A stretch of 64,000 nucleotides of DNA from Abditibacterium sp. (GCA_965199495.1 CBDASK010000003.1:672001-736000); one strand, 5' to 3'; numbered from the stretch's first letter, positions 1-9,171 are shown. The notes: generated by a model not told the origin, from the sequence alone. Numbers and translations: made by a program.

Positions 1-3
1 CGA

Positions 4-975
4 TTGCGCGATAAGTTTCGGCGTTCGGGGAAAGAAGTCGTGTTCACGCGCGAGGCGACGGTGAGCGCCGAAGAGCCGCTTTCGTTTTCCGATGCGGCGG
101 TCAAAGTTGGTTTTACGCCGCAGGGCGGACGCGTCTACGATTCGGCGTTCGCGGCGAGTTACAGTTGGAGCAACACCGACGCGCAGGCGCGCACGATTCG
201 ATTCACGTTTCCCCTTCCCAACGTCGGCACATTGCGCGATTTGCGCGTGATCGTGGACGGGCAAGCCGTCGCGCAAGCCGAAAATTCGCAATCGTATGAA
301 TGGCAGGACGTGATGAAGCCGGGCGCCAAACATACGGCGACGGTGACCTATCGCGCGGTCGGCGCGCGGGCATGGAATTATAATCTGGGGTCGCAACGGC
401 GGCGCGTGCAACAATTTGGTCTGGTCACAACGGGCCTACGCGATCCGCGTTTCGCGCGCGGCGGATTGTTGCCGACGACGCGCCGGGGCGATGCGATTGA
501 TTGGAAATTAGACAACGTGGTGACGGCCCAACAAATCGCCTTAGTTTGGCCCGAAGATTTTTCCATACGATTGTATTTGCAAGCGGTCAGCGCGTTGCCT
601 TTGGCGCTCTTATTATTCGTGCCGTGCGTGTTGTGTCTGAGTTTTTATCGGAAACAATTGCCGCATCCGTTGCGCATTTTGGTGGCATTAACTATCTTCG
701 GCGTCGCTCTGGGCGCGGCAACGGTCACGACAATTTATGCGGGTGCCTTCGTCGGCTTAATCGCCGCGCCATTGCTGGGCGCGATTGCAGCCACGGCGAT
801 TTTAGGGTGGCGATTCGGCGCCGTTTTGGTGCCGCTCGCGCTGTTTCCCGCCACGTTTTTGAGCGAACAACACAGCGGTTTAATGCTCGTCGCGTTGTTC
901 ATAGTCGCGCTGGCGGGCGCGGCCTTGTCGGCGCGGCCCAAGGCGCAATTGCCGTCGTCGTTCGCGGTGGATTGA
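4..975 (+). CDS. Membrane protein, probably 5'-truncated by the window edge; soluble beta-rich domain followed by several TM helices (CreD-like architecture)
   Basis: 323-aa open frame from the window start; hydrophobic C-terminal third; stop TGA at 973-975. Confidence 0.6.
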   Translation: MRDKFRRSGKEVVFTREATVSAEEPLSFSDAAVKVGFTPQGGRVYDSAFAASYSWSNTDAQARTIRFTFPLPNVGTLRDLRVIVDGQAVAQAENSQSYEWQDVMKPGAKHTATVTYRAVGARAWNYNLGSQRRRVQQFGLVTTGLRDPRFARGGLLPTTRRGDAIDWKLDNVVTAQQIALVWPEDFSIRLYLQAVSALPLALLLFVPCVLCLSFYRKQLPHPLRILVALTIFGVALGAATVTTIYAGAFVGLIAAPLLGAIAATAILGWRFGAVLVPLALFPATFLSEQHSGLMLVALFIVALAGAALSARPKAQLPSSFAVD

Positions 976-1000
976 AGAATTATAACGAGGCTTACTCGGC

Positions 1001-1197
1001 ATAAATCGAGCTTGAAAAGTCCATGCGTCATTCCGAGTGGAGTGAGGCACGAACGGAACCGAGGAATCTTACGTCCCCACGACAGTGGAGATTAAAGCCG
1101 CTTTGACTTTCGCTGCCGCGAGGGCATAAGATTCCTCGGTTCCGTTCGTGCCTCACTCCACTCGGAATGACGCATGGACTTTTCAAGCTCGATTTAT
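1001..1197. repeat. Long palindromic element, GTCATTCCGAG...GAGGAATCT family
   Basis: 1001-1071 is the exact reverse complement of 1127-1197 (71-bp arms); the inner part pairs imperfectly; lies between convergent genes. Confidence 0.95.
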
Positions 1198-1239
1198 ACT
1201 GCGTTTATCTTGCACGCAAGACTTGCCAACGTCAAAAGT

Positions 1240-2472
1240 TCAAACGCCCAACGATTCAAGCGGCCCGTAGCCGACAATGGCCGGATTGGCAAACGGTTTC
1301 ATCGCCAAAACCGCGTTTACATCGGCGACCGAAACCGCCAAAATTTGATTCAACAACTCTTCGGTCGAAGTCTGCTGTTTACGATACAACCAATCGTAAC
1401 CGACCGGGCGCATGCGGCCCATCGGCGTTTCGGCGCGCAGCGTGAGCAACGAGGCGAATTTGCGTTTGGCGCGCTGCAATTCGTCTTCGGTCACGCCCTG
1501 CTCGCACGCGTTTTCGACTTCATCGCGCCAGATTTTTGTAACTTCCGCCGCCTTTTCGGGGCGCGAAACCAAAAACCCATAGAACGCGCCCGCGCCGTCT
1601 TGCGCGTCGTGGCCCATCGAAGCGGCTTCGGCCAAACCGGGATGCACGAGCGCCCAATACAATCGCGAGTTTTGCCCACCGCCGACAATTTCGCACGCCA
1701 ACGACGCCGCGTAACGCCGCGCGTCCTGCGTCGAAAGTCCCGGCCCCATCAGGCCGATATGCGCGCGCGAAATTTCGGGTTTGCTCACGATTTGCACGCC
1801 GCTTCCCGGTTTCACATCCGAATAAACGCGCGGTGCATCCATCTTTTCCCAGTCGCCGCAAGCCGCCACGGCGCCCTGCACTATCGCGTCGAAGTCGTAT
1901 TGGCCGGTCACAACGAGCGCCGTGTTATCGGGCGCGTAACGCTTTTGAAAATAATTCATCATCGCGTCGCGCTCCAAATCGCCGATGCTTTGAACCGTGC
2001 CAATCACCGATTGGCCCAAGGGATGCTCGCCGTAATACAGACTTTTGAGCGCCTCCCAAGTTTTCGACATCGGGCGGTCATCATACATCGCGATTTCTTC
2101 GATAATAACTTTTTTCTCCATATCGAAATCGCCGTTACGCAACGCCGGACGCATCATATCGCCCAACAATTCGAGCAAACCGGACGCGAACTGCGGCAAA
2201 ACCGCGCCATAAAACACGGTCTCTTCTTCGCTCGTAAACGCGTTATAACGCGCGCCCATCTCGTCAAATTCGCGATTAATCTGTTCGGGCGAACGCGCCA
2301 AAGTGCCCTTGAACATCATGTGTTCGAGAAAATGCGAGACGCCCGAAACGTCGAGCGATTCATCGCGCCCGCCGGTTTTGACCCAAAATCCCAGAGTCGT
2401 CGAACGCGCATCAGGATCGAATTCGCCGACGAGGGCGAGGCCGTTGGGCAATTGATAAAAATGAGTTTGCAT
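1240..2472 (-). CDS. M16 (pitrilysin-family) zinc peptidase
   Basis: HFLEHMMFKGT (HxxEH) motif, NAFTSEE, EKKVIIEEI; start placed at MQTHF. Confidence 0.92.
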   Translation of the reverse strand: MQTHFYQLPNGLALVGEFDPDARSTTLGFWVKTGGRDESLDVSGVSHFLEHMMFKGTLARSPEQINREFDEMGARYNAFTSEEETVFYGAVLPQFASGLLELLGDMMRPALRNGDFDMEKKVIIEEIAMYDDRPMSKTWEALKSLYYGEHPLGQSVIGTVQSIGDLERDAMMNYFQKRYAPDNTALVVTGQYDFDAIVQGAVAACGDWEKMDAPRVYSDVKPGSGVQIVSKPEISRAHIGLMGPGLSTQDARRYAASLACEIVGGGQNSRLYWALVHPGLAEAASMGHDAQDGAGAFYGFLVSRPEKAAEVTKIWRDEVENACEQGVTEDELQRAKRKFASLLTLRAETPMGRMRPVGYDWLYRKQQTSTEELLNQILAVSVADVNAVLAMKPFANPAIVGYGPLESLGV

Positions 2473-2482
2473 AAAAATTATT

Positions 2483-2615
2483 TTAGCCACAGAGAACTCA
2501 GAGTGGCACAGAGAGAACGAAAAAATTAGATGTCAAGGAGCCGTGAAAATCATTGTCCTTTTTTCTTTTAATTTTCTTCGTTCTCTCTGTGCCACTCTGA
2601 GTTCTCTGTGGCTAA
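2483..2615. repeat. Gene-less inverted-repeat element, GCCACAGAG family
   Basis: 39-bp perfect arms at 2483-2521 and 2577-2615, built of CACAGAG/CTCAGAG units; same arm type as the GxxExxY flanks at 57975-58454. Confidence 0.92.
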
Positions 2616-2622
2616 TTTGCTT

Positions 2623-3834
2623 TTACGGACGCTTCAAAAACTCTGCCGCCCGCTCCAAATCTTCGGGCGTGTCAATGGCGATTGGAACCACATTGTCCAC
2701 ATTTACAACGCCGATTTCGATACCCGCTTCGAGGGCGCGCAATTGTTCTAATTTCTCGATTTCTTCGAGCGGCGACGGCGGCAGCGCCGCCATTTCCAGC
2801 AGCCACGCCGCCTCGTAGGCATAAATTCCCAGATGGCGAAAACACGGTGCTTCGGTTCCGTCGCGGTCGAATGGAATCGCGGCGCGCGAGAAATATAAAG
2901 CGCGATTGCGCTGCGAAACCACGGCTTTGACGACGTTTGGATCGCCGATTTGCGCCTTGTCTAACAACGGTGTGACTAAAGTTGCCATCCGCAAATCGGG
3001 TTCGCGCGTCATCAAATCAATCAGCGCGTTGATGTGCGTCGGGTTGATAAACGGTTCATCGCCCTGCACGTTGATGATAATTCGGCGCGCTTCGCCGTTA
3101 AACTTCGCGCGCGCGACTTCGGCCAAACGGTCGGTTCCGGTGTGACAATTGGCGCTCGTCATCACCGGCATGGCTGCATCGGGCGCGAAGTGCGCGGATA
3201 TTTCGTCGGCGATGCGCTCGTCGTCGGTCGCAACGATTATCGGACGCGCGGATTGAGAATTGAGCGCCGCTTCGACCACGCGGCGAATCACGGTTTTGCC
3301 GTCCAAAACCGCCAACGGCTTGCCGGGAAAACGCGTCGAACTGTAGCGCGCCGGAATAATAACGTGCGCGCTCGGTTTCAATTTTTCCAGCGCACGCGAA
3401 CTCGATAAGCCTTGGACGAGCGGCACGATAACAACTTCGCCGCCGCCCTGCTCGACAACGGGCGTTTCGGGCAAATTCTGCGCGTCGTAGTCGCCGCCTT
3501 TGACGTGAATATCGGGCCGCAACGCGCGAATGGTTTCTATGGGCGTATCGTCCTCGAAAATCGTCACGGCGTCCACGCAGCGCAACGACATCAAAACCTG
3601 CGCGCGCGCGTTCTGGTCGTGAATCGGGCGAGATTCGCCCTTCAAACGCCGCACGCTCGCATCGGAATTGAGGCCGATGACCAACACATCGCCCAGCGAT
3701 TTGGCGTGTTGTAAGAGCGCGATATGTCCGGCGTGCAGAATATCGAAACAGCCGTTGGTGAAGACGATTTTTTGCCCATTGGCGCGCCAGATGTCGGCCT
3801 GCACAGTCAAGGTTTCGGGATTTAATAAATTCAC
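2623..3834 (-). CDS. kdsB: Fusion of D-glycero-beta-D-manno-heptose 1-phosphate adenylyltransferase (RfaE2/HldE domain II) and CMP-KDO synthetase (KdsB)
   Basis: N-terminal FTNGCFDILHAGH, GLNSDASV, KGGDY; C-terminal IIPARYSSTRFPGKPLA, TGTDR, NVQGDEP, EKLEQLRAL; a GTG start at 3834 overlaps the upstream stop. Confidence 0.9.
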   Translation of the reverse strand: MNLLNPETLTVQADIWRANGQKIVFTNGCFDILHAGHIALLQHAKSLGDVLVIGLNSDASVRRLKGESRPIHDQNARAQVLMSLRCVDAVTIFEDDTPIETIRALRPDIHVKGGDYDAQNLPETPVVEQGGGEVVIVPLVQGLSSSRALEKLKPSAHVIIPARYSSTRFPGKPLAVLDGKTVIRRVVEAALNSQSARPIIVATDDERIADEISAHFAPDAAMPVMTSANCHTGTDRLAEVARAKFNGEARRIIINVQGDEPFINPTHINALIDLMTREPDLRMATLVTPLLDKAQIGDPNVVKAVVSQRNRALYFSRAAIPFDRDGTEAPCFRHLGIYAYEAAWLLEMAALPPSPLEEIEKLEQLRALEAGIEIGVVNVDNVVPIAIDTPEDLERAAEFLKRP

Positions 3835-4535
3835 GATTTGATGCCGCCAAACGCCGCGAAACAACTATTTTTGTGCAGCACTTCGACTTGATTAAAGCCG
3901 ACTTCGCGCAGCAAATCCAACTGAAACATGAGCGGACGCGGCGTATCTTCTTTTTCGATATAAGCGAAAACCGTGTCGCGATAACTTTCGTCTTTGAGTT
4001 GAGACAAGTATTCGCCATAACGCGACCACATCAATTGTTGAATTTGCGAATCGGAATGTTGAATTAAATCCACGATCCAGATGGAACCGCCCGGTTTAAG
4101 TAACTCGTAAAACTTGGCGAAAGTTGTCTTCCAATCGGCATCGTCGCGCAGATGATGCAAGACCGCCGCCGCCAAAATGAAATCGAATTGGCCCTCGAAT
4201 TCCAACGCGCGAATATCGCCCTGCAAACCGCTAACTTTGCCCGAAGTCGCGGGCGTCACGCGTTCGATGGCGCGCTCGACCATTGGCGCGCTCAGGTCAA
4301 CTAAAGTCGCGTTCAAATGCGGCATCAAACCCAGCAATTTAAGCGTGTAATTGCCCGCGCCACAGCCGACATCCAAAACATCCGTCGCGTCTGGATTGAT
4401 GGCGGCGGCGGTTTGAACAACTAATTCCAACGACAACGGCGCATCAATGGTGGCCGATTGTCCGGTTTCCAAATTAGAAAAACGTTCGACATCGTGGTCG
4501 AATCGTTGTTGAATTTCTTGAACAGTAGATTTCAT
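3831..4535 (-). CDS. Class I SAM-dependent methyltransferase (CmoA-like)
   Basis: VLDVGCGAG motif I, VDLS, LHHL, LKPGG. Confidence 0.88.
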   Translation of the reverse strand: MKSTVQEIQQRFDHDVERFSNLETGQSATIDAPLSLELVVQTAAAINPDATDVLDVGCGAGNYTLKLLGLMPHLNATLVDLSAPMVERAIERVTPATSGKVSGLQGDIRALEFEGQFDFILAAAVLHHLRDDADWKTTFAKFYELLKPGGSIWIVDLIQHSDSQIQQLMWSRYGEYLSQLKDESYRDTVFAYIEKEDTPRPLMFQLDLLREVGFNQVEVLHKNSCFAAFGGIKS

Positions 4536-4587
4536 GATTTTTAATTAACTCCTTTTGCGAAATTCAAAAAAGAGTGTGAAAGCGCCC

Positions 4588-4717
4588 GTGCCAGCGAATA
4601 AATTCGCGGCTGGGAGGCGTTCCGCCGGGCGTCCCCCTGCGGGGACGCAATTGCATCTTGTCCGCGTAGGCGGACTTCCGGCTTTAGCCTCTCAGCCGCG
4701 AATTTATTCGCTGGCAC
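4588..4717. repeat. REP-like nested palindrome
   Basis: GTGCCAGCGAATAAATTCGCGGCTG ... CAGCCGCGAATTTATTCGCTGGCAC arms enclosing two small hairpins (GTCCCCCTGCGGGGAC, GTCCGCGTAGGCGGAC). Confidence 0.9.
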
Positions 4718-4738
4718 TTTTGCAAGAAGTTTAATGAT

Positions 4739-5701
4739 TTATCGAGTATTCATCGCGCGCATTTCATCGGGCGTGACAGCCACGACGCCGACGTGACGAA
4801 CGCTGCACGCGGCGGCGAGATTGCCGAACTCGACGGCTTCGTGCAATTCGACGCCCGACGCCAGAGCGTAAGTCGCGCCCGCTAAAAAAGTATCGCCCGC
4901 TCCGGCGACATCGAACACCTCGACGCGATGCGCAGGAAAATGTCGCGGCGCTTGGTTGAATTCAAATAGCGCAACGCCCGCGCCACCGCGCGTAATCGCG
5001 AGCGCTTTGACATCAGCGCGCTTGAGCAATTGCGCGCCCGCGCGTTCGACTTGATCGATGGAATCGAGCGCGAAACCAGCGCTTTCGCGCGCCTCTTTCT
5101 CGTTGAGACTAATTAAAGTCGCGCCCGCGAACACTTCCAAATTATTCGGTTTTGGCCCGCCCGTCACAATTAAGCCCGCGAGTAACGCCGCTTCGCGCGC
5201 GCTTTTCCAGCTTTTTGACGCGGCCAAACCTTTGTCGTAATCGCTCAGGCACAGCGCCGTGGCTGCATCGAGCAGTGCGGGCAAACACGCGCTTAAATCT
5301 TCGTCGGCGCCGGGTTCGGGCGGGCGAATATCTTCGCGATCTACGCGCACGATTTGTTGGCGACTGGCGACAATACGCGTTTTAAGCGTCGTCGGACGGC
5401 CCGATTGCGCGACCAAAGCGTTGATGTCCAATCCGCTTTTTTGCAGTTCGCGCGTCAAATCGCGGCCCGCGTCATCGTCGCCAATCGTGCCGCAAATGCG
5501 CCCGTTGGCGCCCCACGAAAGCAAATTCGCCGCGACGTTGGCCGCGCCGCCGGGCGCCAGCGTGCGCGCGCCAAAGCGCACGACCGGAACCGGCGCTTCG
5601 GGCGAAATGCGCGCGGCATCGCCGTTGATCCATTCGTCAAGCATCAAATCGCCCAACACAGCTAATGTCGGGCGCGCGGCGAAAATTGCGTCTAAATTCA
5701 T
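4739..5701 (-). CDS. rfaE1: D-glycero-beta-D-manno-heptose-7-phosphate kinase (RfaE1/HldE domain I, PfkB family)
   Basis: GDLMLD, RISPEAPVPVV, GGAANVA, SDYDKG, DVAGAGDTF; start placed at MNLDAIF because the upstream 69 codons are repeat-derived. Confidence 0.9.
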   Translation of the reverse strand: MNLDAIFAARPTLAVLGDLMLDEWINGDAARISPEAPVPVVRFGARTLAPGGAANVAANLLSWGANGRICGTIGDDDAGRDLTRELQKSGLDINALVAQSGRPTTLKTRIVASRQQIVRVDREDIRPPEPGADEDLSACLPALLDAATALCLSDYDKGLAASKSWKSAREAALLAGLIVTGGPKPNNLEVFAGATLISLNEKEARESAGFALDSIDQVERAGAQLLKRADVKALAITRGGAGVALFEFNQAPRHFPAHRVEVFDVAGAGDTFLAGATYALASGVELHEAVEFGNLAAACSVRHVGVVAVTPDEMRAMNTR

Positions 5702-5708
5702 AATTTCG

Positions 5709-5893
5709 GATTTCGGATTAGCGCGCGTTGTCATTTCGAGTGAGGCACGAGCCGAGAAATATTTCGCCCGCGCGGCAGCGCAGGTTAGAATCACTTCCAC
5801 GCCGAAGATAAGTTTCACTTCCGATGGCGCGGGGCCGCAAGATTTCTCGGTTCGTGCCTCACTCGAAATGACACATCGCGCTAATCCGAAATC
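5709..5893. repeat. Long palindromic element related to 1001-1197
   Basis: About 52-bp near-perfect arms containing TGTCATTTCGAGTGAGGCACGAGCCGAGAAAT; shares GTCATT..GAG..GTGAGGCACGA with the 1001 element. Confidence 0.9.
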
Positions 5894-5897
5894 TGTT

Positions 5898-6875
5898 TCA
5901 AAGCCCAAAGCGCCTTAGCGCGTTGGCGGGCGCAGCGTTCAGATCGTGCGCCGTTTCGACGGGACGTTCGAGCAGATCGGCGAGCGCGAGGGCGCCCACG
6001 TCGTCGCCGACTACGCCGCGCGCGCGTTGGATAAGCGCGGCCAAAGTCAGCACATCTATTCTACCGCGCGCGTTGATAATCGGATAACGCGTTGCACTGA
6101 GCGCGTGTTCCGTGCGTGCGCGCGGCGTGACCAAAAGCGGCCATTGATTGCTCATGGTTTCGATGGCGCGATCCCAATTGGCGCTTTGATTGGCGGCTTC
6201 GGTTTTGGAGGCGCGCCGATTTAAAGGCGCGGGCGCGACCATCACAAATGGCGTTTCGATGCCGCCGCCACGCAATAATTTCAGGGCGCGTGCATCGGCT
6301 TCATCGGGCAAATTCAACCATTCGCGCGCGCTTGAGCCGCGACTGCGCGCGCCGACCGCGCGCGCCAGTTCGAGCGCATCGCCGCGCGTAATCGGCCCGT
6401 CTTTTTCGACTTTGTGCGTCAAAAACGCCTCGAAACCCGACGGCACGAACCCAGCGCGGATGTGCGCGCCCGTCGCCCAGGTCAGCATCACGGCGTTGGA
6501 GCCGCGCGAGAAACACAACGCGATGTCGAAGTGCGCGGCGTGCAAGCGCGCCATGAGCGCGGCCTGACGCGACAAACCGCCGCCGGGCCGCGCGTGCGCT
6601 TCGTCAACGACACCGAAATTTTCCAAAATCGGCAACACATTCGAGCGTGCCCACGAACAAATGCGCGCGCCGGGAAAACTTTCGCGTAGCGCCACCAAAG
6701 CCGGAAGTGACGCGACCAAACCATCGAGCGAAGCCGAATGAAACGTCGCGATGCGACAGACCGGCGCCGACACAGCCACCGGCGACGGCAACTTCGCCAC
6801 GCGCGTCGCCGTCGCCGCGATTTCACCCGCGCGTAGCGGCGACAATTCAGGCGATTGGGCGCGAGGACGGTTCAT
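5898..6875 (-). CDS. Glycosyltransferase family 9 (heptosyltransferase-like), divergent
   Basis: SLPALVALRESFPGARI, LAALIQRARGVVGDDVG resemble GT9 motifs; LPS gene context. Confidence 0.65.
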   Translation of the reverse strand: MNRPRAQSPELSPLRAGEIAATATRVAKLPSPVAVSAPVCRIATFHSASLDGLVASLPALVALRESFPGARICSWARSNVLPILENFGVVDEAHARPGGGLSRQAALMARLHAAHFDIALCFSRGSNAVMLTWATGAHIRAGFVPSGFEAFLTHKVEKDGPITRGDALELARAVGARSRGSSAREWLNLPDEADARALKLLRGGGIETPFVMVAPAPLNRRASKTEAANQSANWDRAIETMSNQWPLLVTPRARTEHALSATRYPIINARGRIDVLTLAALIQRARGVVGDDVGALALADLLERPVETAHDLNAAPANALRRFGL

Positions 6876-6978
6876 ATTACAGCGAAACGGAAGTATAAAA
6901 CTTCCGTTGCAACTCGAACGCGCAGAAGGGCGAAGCGTAATGATTCTGATTTACTTTGAGTATCGAGGTGACACCCAA

Positions 6979-7533
6979 ATGGCCGTATTAACACCAAGCG
7001 TAACCGATGAATTGATGGAACAGTTGATGAAAATCGACGGCAAAGCCGAAATTGTCGGCAGACGCATCCAAAAAATTATGCCTACTGGATAAGAACCCGA
7101 ATTATTCGCGCTTCAAATCGTCGTTTCGCTTTATATGTATGCGCAACGCGTCGGAAGGGGCCGAGCAGTTGGAGATAACGTGATTTTTCGCGTGGACTTG
7201 CCCAATCGCAAGACATTTTCGCCCGATGCCGCTTACATCGATGAAGAACGCGATGGTTCGATGCGCGGCATCAACGGCGCGCCGCTTTTCGCCGTCGAGG
7301 TGCGCAGCGAAAACGATTACGGCCCCGCCGCCGAGCGCGCGATTTCCGCCAAAATCGCTGATTATTTCGCGGCGGGCACGCGCGCGATGTGGGACGTGGA
7401 TTTACTCAGCGAAAACGTCGTCACGCTGCATCAGCCGCAAACCGAGCCGCAGATTTTTCGGCGAGGCGAAATTGCCAATGCGGGCGCGGCGCTGGCGGAG
7501 TGGACGATGAATGCGGACGAGATTTTCGCATAA
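6979..7533 (+). pseudogene. Uma2-family endonuclease interrupted by one in-frame TAA
   Basis: ORFs 6979-7092 and 7135-7533 are in the same frame, separated only by TAA at 7090-7092; motifs KAEIVG, SPDAAY, APLFAVEVRSEND, KIADYFAAG. Confidence 0.85.
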
Positions 7534-7563
7534 GACGGCGCGCTTTTGGCTCATTTGGGCTTT

Positions 7564-7911
7564 ATGCCTGAACAATCCGTTTTTATTCTCACGGGACTTT
7601 GCGCAATTGGCCTCGGTTTATGGCAACTGCTGACGCCTCTCGATAATTTATGGCAATGGCAAGAACGCCGAATGTTAGCACGCGGATTGGCGCCACAACG
7701 CAATCCGTTATGGGAAAGCAATATGCGTATCGGGGCTTGGGTCTGCATTGCAGTCGGCGTGGCAATGCTGATTATTCCTCTGGCGAGTTCGAGTTCCATT
7801 GTGACGCCCCCGAAAATGTCTGGCGCTGGGATTGATGGTCACGAGTTTACGCAGGCCGAATGGGACAATTGCGGTCACGACTTTAATGTCTGCGCTTCTC
7901 GGATGAAATAA
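7564..7911 (+). CDS. Small membrane protein (two TM helices)
   Basis: About 115-aa ORF with two hydrophobic segments. Confidence 0.55.
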   Translation: MPEQSVFILTGLCAIGLGLWQLLTPLDNLWQWQERRMLARGLAPQRNPLWESNMRIGAWVCIAVGVAMLIIPLASSSSIVTPPKMSGAGIDGHEFTQAEWDNCGHDFNVCASRMK

Positions 7912-8030
7912 CGCCAAGGAACGCGTAAAATCCTCGATTTCAGCGCGATTGATTAATCTTCCTGCGAAACGCGCGCGCAAAAGCGGCGTCTGTTTATCAA
8001 CTTCGATAGCAGGAGCCTTCCCCAATCACC

Positions 8031-8222
8031 ATGAATTTCATTCAAGCCGACGAAAGTGGACGCCGCCAACTGCCCGCCGACCCGATGCCCCGCCCCGGCG
8101 GAGACGAGTCCGGCCCCAGCAAATCGGGCGTCAAGCGTCCCGACTCCAAGAACATTCTCGACCGCATGAAGCGCGTCGATCCCGAACAGGCCAAACGCTA
8201 TCGCCAGCGTTCCGGTCAGTAA
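8031..8222 (+). CDS. ubact: UBact, ubiquitin-like protein modifier (Pup analogue)
   Basis: 63 aa, low complexity; C-terminus LDRMKRVDPEQAKRYRQRSGQ fits the UBact R[ST]G[EQ] end; AGGAG upstream; directly precedes the proteasome genes. Confidence 0.92.
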   Translation: MNFIQADESGRRQLPADPMPRPGGDESGPSKSGVKRPDSKNILDRMKRVDPEQAKRYRQRSGQ

Positions 8223-8227
8223 GTTAC

Positions 8228-8325
8228 AAGCCACAGAGTTCACGGAGGGCGCGCAGAAAAACACAGAGATACTTTTGAATTTTTCTCTGTGATTCTCTGT
8301 GCGTTCACCGTGAACTCTGTGGCTT
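8228..8325. repeat. Gene-less inverted-repeat element, GCCACAGAG family
   Basis: AAGCCACAGAGTTCACGG ... CCGTGAACTCTGTGGCTT perfect outer arms with further CACAGAG/CTCTGTG pairing inside. Confidence 0.9.
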
Positions 8326-8334
8326 TTTCCATTC

Positions 8335-9171
8335 ATGAATTTCCAATCTCCCCCGCCGGGCGATTTCGCCCGTTTGGTTTCCCTTCCCTCCCATTCCGCC
8401 GACGTGGCCGCACAGTCCGCCATTGCGCCCGGTGCCAGTTTCGATACACACGGCACAACCGTTATCGCCGTCAAATATAAAGATGGCGTCCTCAACGTCG
8501 CCGACCGCCGCGCGACGGCGGGCATGAGCATTATGTATGATCGCTCTGAGAAAATCCTGCCTTTGGACGATCATACTTTAGTTTCGATTTCCGGTTCGTT
8601 CGCCAAAGCCGTCGAAATCGCGCGTTATTTGCGCCATTCGTTCAAATATTATTCGCGCTCGCAGTTGCAGCCGATGAGTTTGGAAGGCAAATTGGCCGAA
8701 ATGACCAAAGCTCTGGTGCAAAATCTGCCGATGGCGTTGCAGGGCATTGGAACGTTCGTGCCGATTTTGTCGGCTTTCGATACGGTCAAAAATGAGTCGC
8801 ACATTTATATTTTCGATCCGATGGGCGCGCGTTTCGAGAGCGCAGATTATGGCGCCGCCGGTTCAGGTAGCGCGCCGATTCGCGGCAGCTTCGATTATAT
8901 CGCGCGCACTAAAGGCGCATTTGCCGAAATGGATTTGCAGACCGCGTTGCGCGAATGCCTGATTTTGCTCGACATCGCCGCCGACCTCGATGCAGCCACG
9001 GGCGGCTACTCCAAGATTTTGCCGTCGGCGATGGCCGTGACTAAAGACGGCATTCTCAACCTCGATGAAAGCCAGTTGCAGGAAGTTCTGACCGAGATGC
9101 AGTTCGGTCGCGCGCCGCAAAGCGTCAACGTCAAAACCAGCCGCGTTGATGCGGATGTTGTCAGTGAGTAA
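8335..9171 (+). CDS. prcB: 20S proteasome beta subunit
   Basis: Propeptide ending THG followed by TTVIAVKY (Thr1 nucleophile), ADRRATAG, LEGK, GSGS, DAATGG. Confidence 0.93.
   Translation: MNFQSPPPGDFARLVSLPSHSADVAAQSAIAPGASFDTHGTTVIAVKYKDGVLNVADRRATAGMSIMYDRSEKILPLDDHTLVSISGSFAKAVEIARYLRHSFKYYSRSQLQPMSLEGKLAEMTKALVQNLPMALQGIGTFVPILSAFDTVKNESHIYIFDPMGARFESADYGAAGSGSAPIRGSFDYIARTKGAFAEMDLQTALRECLILLDIAADLDAATGGYSKILPSAMAVTKDGILNLDESQLQEVLTEMQFGRAPQSVNVKTSRVDADVVSE

Noticed and set aside
1174..2529. 451-aa plus-strand ORF and many similar long antisense ORFs (e.g. 3098-4018, 12421-13242, 34578-35570, 47369-48352)
   Set aside because: Shadow frames of well-supported genes in GC-rich DNA; Arg-rich with no recognisable motifs.
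7090..7092. Programmed stop-codon recoding in the Uma2 or IS5 genes
   Set aside because: TAA and TAG terminate many intact genes in this window, so simple nonsense mutation is more parsimonious.
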